Below, piece by piece: positions 18,301 to 25,928 of a stretch of DNA of 27,555 bases (positions within the stretch are counted from its first letter, which is position 1; each line of letters opens with the position of its first letter). The position numbers and the translations under genes were made by a program. The notes beneath the pieces were generated by a model. It ran no database searches and had not been told where the DNA came from. It saw only the letters and a list, made by a program, of their open reading frames with translations. The stretch is taken from positions 1 to 27,555 of the forward strand of contig JALWGO010000233.1 in assembly GCA_027038805.1 (NCBI GenBank), given 5' to 3'. Source of the DNA: Thermoprotei archaeon (lineage in GTDB: Archaea; Thermoproteota; Thermoprotei_A; Sulfolobales; WANQ01).

Positions 18301-18439
18301 CTGCAGCTTCTAAGTCGTTGTCTCCATCTAGGTATACCATTATAGTCCACTTAGCATTAGAGGCACTTGTAGCTTGTATAGTTGATAAAAGGGCTATCGC
18401 TATAATTGACAATATTAGAAGCATTCGTAGGGCTCTCAT
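15311..18439 (-). CDS. Surface-anchored clostripain-family (C11) cysteine peptidase with FG-GAP-like repeat propeller, Thr-rich stalk, TM anchor and poly-Pro tail
   Basis: Signal peptide, KWTIMVYLDGDNDLE, WDHG (His), FDACL (Cys), seven DxDxDG-like repeats, a carboxypeptidase-regulatory-like beta domain, a Thr-rich region, TM plus RRKKR and a Pro-rich end. Confidence 0.92.
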   Translation of the reverse strand: MRALRMLLILSIIAIALLSTIQATSASNAKWTIMVYLDGDNDLEAAALIDLKEMEYVGSTDEVNIIVLVDRAEDYYEEGLEGYLDAGSWSDTRIYYVVRDTSSRIGSRLIKSLGERDMGDPDTLRDFIKYTVSNYPADHYMLVIWDHGSYPGFVALDYSHNDMLTGEEIGQALKEAGVHLDIIAFDACLVSTIEMAYEVMDYGDYMTASEEIEPAPGYPYDEILSSLTSNPTMTPRELAVTIVNKYYSSLVDSRYGSYITLAAIDLKQIRDAIPLFKEFVKTAYDDVEALRLAREGVDFFGGGVDPSAGASQIDLISFLKQVSAQGGVLGNRAESLANAVENAVVEFKAGTMHRGSHGISIYFPLRYNRTVYEAASRFGFDTGWSKVLEKTVNVDVNITVASGESYTVNTTNIASELNLTRRYLDLDIVGTIDFDGDGAEELVVIADGYGDQLYTVLMMLKYYNDSNKLLLAYNDTIFNLSYDYMLSVVDAFGRDVDNDDMDELFIVLTASDQYNNSVTIFFRYDYKDGYVYRNGNYIMNLDSYSAALGDFDDDGLAELVLAGTYYDENYGEYFSEFFIVDTSSLEVEDEYYVESNENTVSEITDIAGGYFSSQEQEDLVVGVNDYSLGLGGITDYAGELYVIRLSSGELQVLEFNNTSGIEISALELGDIDSDNRNELLVLANDYYASTHNLTLYEWDNGLKVLDQAYMEPGRWYPFEVGTFDIDGDGIVEILLYLVELDEENNPVGGTIDIYSWLPSDKTFNYEASIDVWSENFTIPVPIDLNGDGLVDMVYVTQYNGTINVSIGKIENYVDPTGLIIGRIIDSQGRPAYKANVTILIPHSSRVLTTQTDQRGYFIVRVAAGTYLVEASWINEGIEENASAIVRLSPKENLTLTLRLKPAGPLPTTTTTPTTSPTHTATTTSTTTTTTKTTATTSSMQSQTTQTTTQTTTSTQIQSTTTTKTSPTTHTTTSPTTTTPTTSLTTPSKTVEPGILSGINTYLVIVAVIIIVIAAIAGIALSRRKKRVQYPPLPPPPPPPPQY

Positions 18440-18639
18440 ATCTCATAGCCTACTAGAACGCTATTACAATATTGAGGGGTCTTCTCCAAAACACGTGCAT
18501 ACTTATACACTGTGGGACAACTCTCCTACCATTTCCTCTTATGGGTTTCTCCTCTTAGTCTCATTATATAAACTTTGCCTTTGACCATCTTTAATAGAAG
18601 CTATTTTAATTTGGGTAGTATTCTCTAGTAACCTGTTAG

Positions 18640-18918
18640 ATGGGAGGATATAGGGCTATGACGGGCTTTGACCTAGTAACAGCTGGTATAGTATTGATGT
18701 TTGTAGGCTTCATAGTGTTATTGTTGTCAATCATATTTATGGTTGGAAAACATGGTAGAGTTGAAGGTGGAGGAGTAGTAATAATCGGCCCCATACCAAT
18801 AGTATTTGGTACGAACAAGAATGTAACAACATTATTACTCGTCTTAGCCATAATATTAACTGTATTAACGCTCATAACATTCTTCCTCCCACTAACAACC
18901 TATAGAGGTGTACCATAA
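18640..18918 (+). CDS. DUF131/TIGR00304-family small membrane protein (likely start ATG 18658)
   Basis: GGGVVIIGPIPIVFGT signature between two TMs, with a ggagga RBS before ATG 18658. Confidence 0.85.
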   Translation: MGGYRAMTGFDLVTAGIVLMFVGFIVLLLSIIFMVGKHGRVEGGGVVIIGPIPIVFGTNKNVTTLLLVLAIILTVLTLITFFLPLTTYRGVP

Positions 18919-19208
18919 TGACCTACTACGGCCCGGTTGAGGAATCCCCACTAAGCAGGTTTTGGCTAATAGGATTCCTAATAATCATCATAGGATTCAT
19001 ACTAGTATTTGCTGGAACACTACTAAGCATACAGGAATCCCAGCCCACCAACACGAGTACAAGTGTGGGTGTTGGAGGCTGCGTTATAATATTCTTTATC
19101 CCGATATGCTTTGGAACTGGAGGATTATGGATTATAGCCATGGTATTAGGAATAATACTGACTGCTATAACCTTTGCAATATACTTCTTCGCCCGTAAGG
19201 GCCTCTAA
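18918..19208 (+). CDS. DUF131-like small membrane protein (paralog)
   Basis: VGVGGCVIIFFIPICFGTG variant of the same signature, 1-nt stop/start overlap with the preceding gene. Confidence 0.8.
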   Translation: MTYYGPVEESPLSRFWLIGFLIIIIGFILVFAGTLLSIQESQPTNTSTSVGVGGCVIIFFIPICFGTGGLWIIAMVLGIILTAITFAIYFFARKGL

Positions 19209-19248
19209 ACATTCCTATCACTAGAATCCTCTTTCTCGTACTTATTAC

Positions 19249-20508
19249 CTATCTTCTATTCTCTCCTAATACTATGTGTTGTAGACCAATAATCTTTGGC
19301 TCCGGTTCCCTAACTTTCATGTCTAGTCTTCTTAGATTAACTATTTCCGCGTTGTCTGTTATTATTTTGATTACATTATCTAGTTCTCCTAACTGTTTCT
19401 CAGCCTCCAATACCTCTCTAATATTGGCACGTGTAGTTGGTTTGCGTACATTTAGTGCACAGTATTCTTCTAGTCTTATAGAGTACTCGTAGGTTCCTAT
19501 GATTCTCGCTAACTCGACTATTTCTTGTTTATCAAATCCTATCAATGGTCTTAGCACAGTCGTTGGTGATGCCTGGTCTATTACGACTATGTTTTGTAGG
19601 GTTTGAGATGCAACTTGTCCTAGGCTTTCACCAGTAACTAGTGCTTTAGCGCCCGTTTTCTCCGCTATTATAGAGGCTATTCTCTTCATTATCCTCCTCA
19701 ATATTATTGTCCTCAAGTGCTCTGGAGTCTTCTCGGATAACAGTAGTGTTATGGGTCTTATGTCAACGATATAGAGTTTCGGGTAATAGCCGTAGCTCCA
19801 ATAGTCTGCTAGAACCTTTGCTACTGGTAACATTTTCTTCACATGGGGTTCTCCACCAATATTGAAGAAGACGTAGTCTACCATACAGCCTCGCTTAAGC
19901 ATAAGCCATGCTGCTACTGGTGAATCTATTCCACCCGAGAATAATGCGAGAACCCTACCCTCGCTTCCTATGGGGAGTCCTCCCGGCCCACGTATTATCT
20001 TGTCGTAGAAGTATACTTCACCCCAGCGTACCTCGACGTATGCAGTATATTCCGGGTTCTCAAGGTCTACTCTACTAGCACCCTCTTCTAGTAATGCTTC
20101 TCCAAGCCTAACTTCAACGTCTTTGCTTGTAAAATCATGTTCACCTACTCTCCTAGCTCTAACAGCAAAGGTTTTCCCCTTAACTCTACCACTGAAGAAT
20201 TTTCTTCCAAGCTCAACTATATCGTTTAAACCACTGTGTAGAAATCCTTTTACTGGTGAAACACTAACAACACCCATTACCCTAGCAACACGCTTACCAG
20301 CTTCTAGTGCCTCCTCCTCACTTTCAAATCCATGAACCCATATGCGGGCTTCACGTACCTCTACCTTCTTATCATAGAAGCCATGGGATTTTAATGCGTC
20401 TTTTATAGCTTTTACTAGGAGACCCTCCATTCTTCTCCTACTACTCTTACCCTTTAATGCTATTTCACTATACCTTGCAAGGAGAAGCCATCCCCTTATT
20501 TCCTCCAT
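19249..20508 (-). CDS. thiI: tRNA 4-thiouridine synthase ThiI (THUMP + PP-loop, no rhodanese domain)
   Basis: RYSEIALKGK, THUMP domain, GPGGLP-G--G, SGGIDSPVA, TGESLGQVASQT, RPLIGFDK-EI. Confidence 0.95.
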   Translation of the reverse strand: MEEIRGWLLLARYSEIALKGKSSRRRMEGLLVKAIKDALKSHGFYDKKVEVREARIWVHGFESEEEALEAGKRVARVMGVVSVSPVKGFLHSGLNDIVELGRKFFSGRVKGKTFAVRARRVGEHDFTSKDVEVRLGEALLEEGASRVDLENPEYTAYVEVRWGEVYFYDKIIRGPGGLPIGSEGRVLALFSGGIDSPVAAWLMLKRGCMVDYVFFNIGGEPHVKKMLPVAKVLADYWSYGYYPKLYIVDIRPITLLLSEKTPEHLRTIILRRIMKRIASIIAEKTGAKALVTGESLGQVASQTLQNIVVIDQASPTTVLRPLIGFDKQEIVELARIIGTYEYSIRLEEYCALNVRKPTTRANIREVLEAEKQLGELDNVIKIITDNAEIVNLRRLDMKVREPEPKIIGLQHIVLGENRR

Positions 20509-20596
20509 TACCTTCTAGCCCTCGCTTATACTAGTGTTGTCAAGGTCTTTTACTTTTAGTTTCAAGACACAACTCTATTACTAGTAATAGCTAGGC

Positions 20597-20603
20597 TTAA
20601 ATA
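20597..20603 (+). promoter_or_regulatory. TATA box for the C/D sRNA candidate
   Basis: TTAAATA about 25 nt upstream of the GG preceding box C. Confidence 0.5.
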
Positions 20604-20627
20604 AACCAAGCATAATAGTGTATCTAT

Positions 20628-20685
20628 GGGATGATGTAGACACACCCTTTAGACGACTCGATGAGCTGAGTGGCCAGGGCTGACC
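20628..20685 (+). ncRNA. Box C/D methylation-guide sRNA candidate
   Basis: gg-ATGATGT (C-like, 20631-37), 15-nt guide, ACGA (D'-like), ctcg, ATGAGCT (C'-like), 12-nt guide, CTGA (D, 20680-83), cc. It is 58 nt, intergenic and preceded by a TATA box. Confidence 0.7.
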
Positions 20686-20707
20686 TTAACTACTAGGCTT
20701 TTTTAGA

Positions 20708-21673
20708 TTAGTGGATCAAGCTTCTCTTCTTATCCAGCGCATACAATGATATTGTAGCAGCAACTAGGTCTGCTATTGCCCCCAGTCTAGCATTCATTTT
20801 TACCAGCTTCTCATCAACTTTCAGTAATTCATTGAATAATTCATCGTACCCTCTATCACTCTCTATAGTCTCCGTATACTTTTCAAAAACTCTCGTAAGG
20901 ATCTCTCTAACCCTCACAGCATTCTCATATCCTATAGTACGAGACACTACTGTATCTATGAGATTAGAGCCCAAGTATAGGAATACGCCTATAACAGCGT
21001 AATTCCACCTGGTTTTTTCAACTATTTTCTCGAGAAACTCTTTCGCCTTTAGGACATTAGGGTACCCGTTAACTATTTCTCGTGCCACGAGATCCCCTTT
21101 AGAAGAATATACTAGTATCTCGTACATTCCTATTCCGCGTTCTATGAGCTTCTTCTCGTATTCTCTATCCCATACGTTAGGGTATATGCCAGTATCATCT
21201 GTTTCACGTATATAGGATGGACTAGCAGCTCTAACAGCTCGATAAAACATAACTGAATCATAGGGCGTAGTATACTGTTCCAGTATACTTGGAACTCTAC
21301 CTACTAGAGTCTTAGCCGTTATTCTATCATTGTTTTTGACCATGTACCCAGCAGTATAGGCTAGGGAGTGCAATATCAATGCTATTCCGAGACAAGTATT
21401 ACCGCCTCCGTGGATCCTCATTGAACGTTTAAGCGAGTCGTATACTAGGTCTCCAATACTATATCTTCCTCTTACCCCTCTCAACCCTCTTTTCATGGCT
21501 CTTAGGTTATTCAATAATATGATATGAGAAGATATTAGGAAGTCTTCAAACCATATATCCTCATAGTCTCTAAGACGATGAACGTTACCAGGCTTGGGGT
21601 AACCTGCAACCTCTAGTAATGCTCCAGATGATAGGAGGATAGCGTACTCTTCTACTATCCTAGTATTAGTCAA
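20708..21673 (-). CDS. citG: CitG-family triphosphoribosyl-dephospho-CoA synthase-like protein
   Basis: LLEVAGYPKPGNVHR, NTCLG and terminal LGAIADLVAA motifs. Confidence 0.85.
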   Translation of the reverse strand: MTNTRIVEEYAILLSSGALLEVAGYPKPGNVHRLRDYEDIWFEDFLISSHIILLNNLRAMKRGLRGVRGRYSIGDLVYDSLKRSMRIHGGGNTCLGIALILHSLAYTAGYMVKNNDRITAKTLVGRVPSILEQYTTPYDSVMFYRAVRAASPSYIRETDDTGIYPNVWDREYEKKLIERGIGMYEILVYSSKGDLVAREIVNGYPNVLKAKEFLEKIVEKTRWNYAVIGVFLYLGSNLIDTVVSRTIGYENAVRVREILTRVFEKYTETIESDRGYDELFNELLKVDEKLVKMNARLGAIADLVAATISLYALDKKRSLIH

Positions 21674-21704
21674 TTCTCCAGCACCTTTTTCTTGGACGAG
21701 AGGT

Positions 21705-22565
21705 TTAGATCCAGTGTTTTTTCTTAAAGTATACTAACATTATGATAGCTATTAGAGCCATTACTGTGAGGGTTATAAAGTAGCCGTAGGGATGATAGAG
21801 TTCGGGCATATACCTAAAGTTCATACCGTAGATGCTCGCTATTAGTGTTAGGGGTAGGAATATCATTGAGAACATTGTTAGCCTTGCTACAAGCTTATTC
21901 AGCTTGTCTGAGTCAACATCGTGTAATAGCCCTAACATAGTGTTTAGTCTCTCATAACTCTGAGTTAAATGGTCTTCAAGCAAGACTATGTCATCTTCTA
22001 ATCCTCTAAGCACTTCTGGGAGAACTCCTTGTAAGCCCTTAGACTTCAAGACAACGTGGAGAAGATTTCTCGTAGTCCTCCTCACCAGACGTAACTTTCT
22101 CTGCACTCTAAGGAATCGTTTTGCCTCTACAGTCTCCTCTCTAGCCAAGCTCTCCTCTATCTTATCGAGTTCAGAGTCTATTTCCTCTATTCTATCAGAA
22201 ACCTTACTCACAAGAAAATGGAATAATTCGCGTAGAAAACTAGTTAAATTCTTACATTTTATTGTCGAAAAGAGTTCTTGGTGAAAATTATCTTTAGGTG
22301 GGAGCCAGGCTATTTTATTAGAATCTTTCTCAATAGTTAATCCGAAAGGAGATCCTAAGAACTGGGAGAGATATAGTAATTCGCTATTATCTGTTATTGA
22401 TAATAACGCTCTCTTACGTCTTGTATCTAAGCTAACCTTATCGGCCCATTCACGATAATCACTAAATATCTCCAAATGAAATATAATATCTTCTTTTCTA
22501 AAACTTGTCTCAGAACCCTCAACTATTTTCCCATTAACACAGACATATTTCCCCATGACTACCAC
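21705..22565 (-). CDS. corA: CorA-family Mg2+/Co2+ transporter (likely start ATG 22556)
   Basis: Two C-terminal TMs, LPLTLIASIYGMNF--MPEL signature and a KKKHWI end. Confidence 0.93.
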   Translation of the reverse strand: MVVMGKYVCVNGKIVEGSETSFRKEDIIFHLEIFSDYREWADKVSLDTRRKRALLSITDNSELLYLSQFLGSPFGLTIEKDSNKIAWLPPKDNFHQELFSTIKCKNLTSFLRELFHFLVSKVSDRIEEIDSELDKIEESLAREETVEAKRFLRVQRKLRLVRRTTRNLLHVVLKSKGLQGVLPEVLRGLEDDIVLLEDHLTQSYERLNTMLGLLHDVDSDKLNKLVARLTMFSMIFLPLTLIASIYGMNFRYMPELYHPYGYFITLTVMALIAIIMLVYFKKKHWI

Positions 22566-22622
22566 TATATTACATTAGATCACACTGGTTTTACTCTATA
22601 GCCTATACTCTAAAATCACATA

Positions 22623-23093
22623 CTATATAATACTTCTAGCTATTAATTTACGAATAACCCTCCAAGTCATGCCCCATAGAACCCCGCCATGGACACTATA
22701 GCCTATGACAAGCCTATTATCCTTAAATAGTAGGCGATAAGCATTTGAACGCCTTGGATTAAACCAGAAGACATCGTCAACCTCTAGTCCAGGCCTTATA
22801 TTAAGCTCTCCTCTAGGCTTTGATAATAATATTGCTGTTCTAAGCCAGGGAGCATTTCTAGGATACTCCACTCCTACCACACCATAAACATAAAGGCTTT
22901 TCGGGAGAATACTAGTTTCCTCAAAAGTTTCGCGAAGCCCCGCATCAACTATGCTCTCCCCAGTCTTTATCATCCCACCAGGTAATGCTATATCACCAGA
23001 CCATGGATCTCCTTCACTTTTCTTCCTTCTAACTAAGAGAATGTAGCCGTTCCTCACGGTAGCGTTTACAACGGCTTTAACATACAACCACAC
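22623..23093 (-). CDS. NUDIX hydrolase (CoA pyrophosphatase-like)
   Basis: DPWSGDIALPGG...GLRETFEETSI Nudix box and LWGMT near the C-terminus, as in CoAse-type Nudix enzymes. Confidence 0.88.
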   Translation of the reverse strand: MWLYVKAVVNATVRNGYILLVRRKKSEGDPWSGDIALPGGMIKTGESIVDAGLRETFEETSILPKSLYVYGVVGVEYPRNAPWLRTAILLSKPRGELNIRPGLEVDDVFWFNPRRSNAYRLLFKDNRLVIGYSVHGGVLWGMTWRVIRKLIARSII

Positions 23094-23123
23094 GCACCAG
23101 TAATACTAAATGGGAGGATAGAT

Positions 23124-23190
23124 GCCGCCCGACGGATCCCCTCTTCACCCCACCCCGTTTACTCGGGGCACGGTTAGAGGGGCGAGGGCC
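23124..23190 (-). ncRNA. GC-rich intergenic hairpin, candidate sRNA or structured 5' leader of the NUDIX gene
   Basis: Nested stems 23127-30/23186-89, 23138-44/23176-82 and 23153-57/23164-68. A minus-strand aaaaaTATAA lies at ~23214-23 about 25 nt upstream. The strand is inferred. Confidence 0.4.
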
Positions 23191-23338
23191 ATAAAAGACT
23201 ATGTTCTTTACCCTTATATTTTTGTTTTAGTGTCTAGACACTTATTTGTTGATCTTCAGATAATTTTATTTTGTATCATAATATATGAATAAACGTGTTA
23301 AATACTACTAGTTCGAAAACGATCCCATAGTATCTGGG

Positions 23339-23995
23339 GTGGTCTATTCGCCTCGCTCTCCAATACTAATTATAACACAGTGCTCTAAGAGGAAGCGAGT
23401 TAGGGAATATTTTCCCAAGGGGCCGCGGAGAAGTGTACTAGACTACTTAGATGAAGAGTATAGGCGTAGACTGGTCTTAGCTCGTGAGAGCCAGTTAGGG
23501 AGAGTAATAAATAATCCGGTGGGAACGGCCTTAAGTGTATATGATGGCTGGCTGTATAGGGTTCTAAATAGAGAGCTTATAAGACGAGCCTTTCTCCTAG
23601 AAGCAATTGACTTCACTATCATTTCGGCTGGATACGGATTCGTTAACGGGTTTGAATTAATCGGCATCTACGATATAGAGATGAATGCTACGGTAAAGAA
23701 GTTCTGGGTAAATGCGGGGCTACTCAACGTCATTGGAAACTATACAGAGAACATTGGAGCGGAAGTAGTCCTAGGTTTCTTCGCATATAAGACGAAGTAT
23801 AGGGAGATCTATGAGGAGGTACCATGGCCCTCTAATGTTAGGAGGGCTCTTCTTTATACCTCGACGTGTACTTCTATATCAACTACTCTAATGTCTATTG
23901 GTGAAGCAATAAGCATCGTTGTAGATATAATTCTAAGAGGAGAAGAAATACCGGAAACCATAGATACAAGTCACTGTGTGGTTGAAACAGTATAG
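23339..23995 (+). CDS. YaaA/DUF6884-like hypothetical protein
   Basis: IITQCSKRK...ALSVYDG...FTIISAGYGFV...IGIYDIEM pattern matches the CS--K / A--lY-G / IISA-YG motif set. Confidence 0.6.
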   Translation: MVYSPRSPILIITQCSKRKRVREYFPKGPRRSVLDYLDEEYRRRLVLARESQLGRVINNPVGTALSVYDGWLYRVLNRELIRRAFLLEAIDFTIISAGYGFVNGFELIGIYDIEMNATVKKFWVNAGLLNVIGNYTENIGAEVVLGFFAYKTKYREIYEEVPWPSNVRRALLYTSTCTSISTTLMSIGEAISIVVDIILRGEEIPETIDTSHCVVETV

Positions 23996-24013
23996 TGTTA
24001 AGGGGGATAATGG

Positions 24014-24343
24014 GTGCCGCCTCAACCGGAATATGTATTAGTACGTGATAAAGCAAGAAAAATATTATACTTAGCGAAGGAGGAATTTGATAGAGGAGAC
24101 TATAGTATTACATGTTTTCTCGTATATTTAGCAAAGATACTTCTCAATTACTCGATGACACTTAGATTGGGTGTAAATCCAGGCAAACACGTAATTGATT
24201 TCAATGAAATAAGAGACTTGCTAGTAAAAGATGATAGAGATGCTGCTAGGACTTGTTTAAAGGAGGGATTCAAAGCACTTAATAGCATTGACAAACTGTT
24301 TATGGAGAAGCGGGAGAAAGAGTGTGAATGCTGGGGCGAGTAA
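24014..24343 (+). CDS. Short HEPN-like protein, apparently degenerate
   Basis: AKEEFDRGDYSITCF resembles the HEPN first helices. It is only 109 aa and has no Rx4-6H/RY motif. Confidence 0.5.
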   Translation: MPPQPEYVLVRDKARKILYLAKEEFDRGDYSITCFLVYLAKILLNYSMTLRLGVNPGKHVIDFNEIRDLLVKDDRDAARTCLKEGFKALNSIDKLFMEKREKECECWGE

Positions 24344-24507
24344 AAAGCATTATCTATCCTTATATTACAATATAATTGAGATTAGTAAAAACTGTGCAAT
24401 AATATTAGTATGTATATTTTATCTTATTTATTTATAGGTGATCATATCTTCTAAGAATTATTTCCAGACAAAAATAATAAGTAGTATAAAATACGCAATA
24501 TAAGTAT

Positions 24508-25926
24508 TTGAGGAAAAGTAATATGATTGAAGAGGACTTGCTCCTCTCAACGATAGATACGGGAGAACCCTCGTTGTGTCCTCTAGGCATTAAGAGACTA
24601 GATGATCTCCTTGGAGGTGGAGTACCTTGTGGCTCTACGATTCTTGTAGAGGGACCGCCTGGAAGCGGTAAGACTAGCTTTGCCGCTAAGTTTATCTACG
24701 AGGGAGCCCATAGGGGCGAGAAAGGTGTTTATGTAAGCTTCGTGGAGGGTAGGTATTCGTTTTATTCTTTTATGAAAAGCCTGGGAATGGACTTCTACGA
24801 TCTCGAGAGAAAGGGGCTTGTAACGTTTATAGAAGCTATACCATTACATAACGAGGAAGCTGCTAGACTAATAATCGAGCGAGTACTTATGATGGCTCTC
24901 GAGGAAGGCGTGAAACGGGTCGTTATTGATAGTGTTACCGTTCTCATCCAGACCTTTGGACTAGAAAAGGCAAGAGAATTGTTAACGACTACATTGTTAA
25001 GGGAGCTTAAGCGGGCTGGAGTTACTACTCTACTAATATCTGAGAAGCCTAGAAGTTATACTGAGTCCGAGGTAAGTGTAGAGGAATATATTTCTGATAC
25101 TGTTATAGAGCTAAACTATAGGCTTGAATACGGTAAAATAGTTAGATATATGCGTATATTAAAGGTGCGTGGAGTAAGTATACCATTATCGGAGATAACT
25201 TTTACTCTAAGAAAAGACGCTGTCATAGACCTAGCCGTACCAATAGTTCCCCATGAGATACCCGCCATAGATACCTCAACGATATATAAAACTGGCATAA
25301 AGGAAATAGACGATCTAATAATAGGTATTCCACGTGGATCGCAAACCCTAATAATAGTAGAGCCTGGTATAAACAGCTTAGACCTATCACTTGTCCCACT
25401 AATACCATTAATAGCACGTTATGGGGGACCCGCTATAATTAGGAGCTATGTGAGGGCTCCAGATGAAATCAAAAGAGTTATTATTCAATCAGCAAAACGT
25501 TTAGGCTTCGACTCTAAACGTGTACTCAACGAGGTTATTATTAGCGCTTTAAACCCAGTTAGCGTGAGCCTACAAGAAATAGCTGCTGAAAATGCTAGAG
25601 TAGATAGTACGATTAAACCGAAGTTTCTAGCAATACATAGTCTAAACACGTTACTAGAGCTCTACCCCAATATTAACGTGTACTTGGGTTCCCATTTAAA
25701 CAATGTATTGCTGAGACGAAAACACGGCATAACAAGTTTTTATACATTCTCCGGTGATCCTGGGGCCAAGAATATCCCAGGAATAGATATATACGATATT
25801 GTAGTATTAGTTAGAACCACTAGGGCTAAGGAAGAATACGAGGTAGAAGTTCTAAGGCACCCCCTATACGCTTTTCCTAAGAGGACTATTGTAAGGAGAG
25901 ATTTATTCAAATCAGGAGGTGAGTAA
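24508..25926 (+). CDS. KaiC/RAD55-like double-domain ATPase (second domain degenerate); possible start ATG 24523
   Basis: TGEPSLCPLGIKRLDDLLGGG, GPPGSGKT, VVIDS and ILKVRG. The second repeat starts KTGIKEIDDLI-GIPRG but its Walker A is replaced by EPGINSL. Confidence 0.88.
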   Translation: MRKSNMIEEDLLLSTIDTGEPSLCPLGIKRLDDLLGGGVPCGSTILVEGPPGSGKTSFAAKFIYEGAHRGEKGVYVSFVEGRYSFYSFMKSLGMDFYDLERKGLVTFIEAIPLHNEEAARLIIERVLMMALEEGVKRVVIDSVTVLIQTFGLEKARELLTTTLLRELKRAGVTTLLISEKPRSYTESEVSVEEYISDTVIELNYRLEYGKIVRYMRILKVRGVSIPLSEITFTLRKDAVIDLAVPIVPHEIPAIDTSTIYKTGIKEIDDLIIGIPRGSQTLIIVEPGINSLDLSLVPLIPLIARYGGPAIIRSYVRAPDEIKRVIIQSAKRLGFDSKRVLNEVIISALNPVSVSLQEIAAENARVDSTIKPKFLAIHSLNTLLELYPNINVYLGSHLNNVLLRRKHGITSFYTFSGDPGAKNIPGIDIYDIVVLVRTTRAKEEYEVEVLRHPLYAFPKRTIVRRDLFKSGGE

Positions 25927-25928
25927 TC

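Noticed and set aside
23153-23168. Loop tttact shared with hairpin 400-423
   Set aside because: A 6-nt match in an AT-rich genome with unrelated stems is expected by chance.
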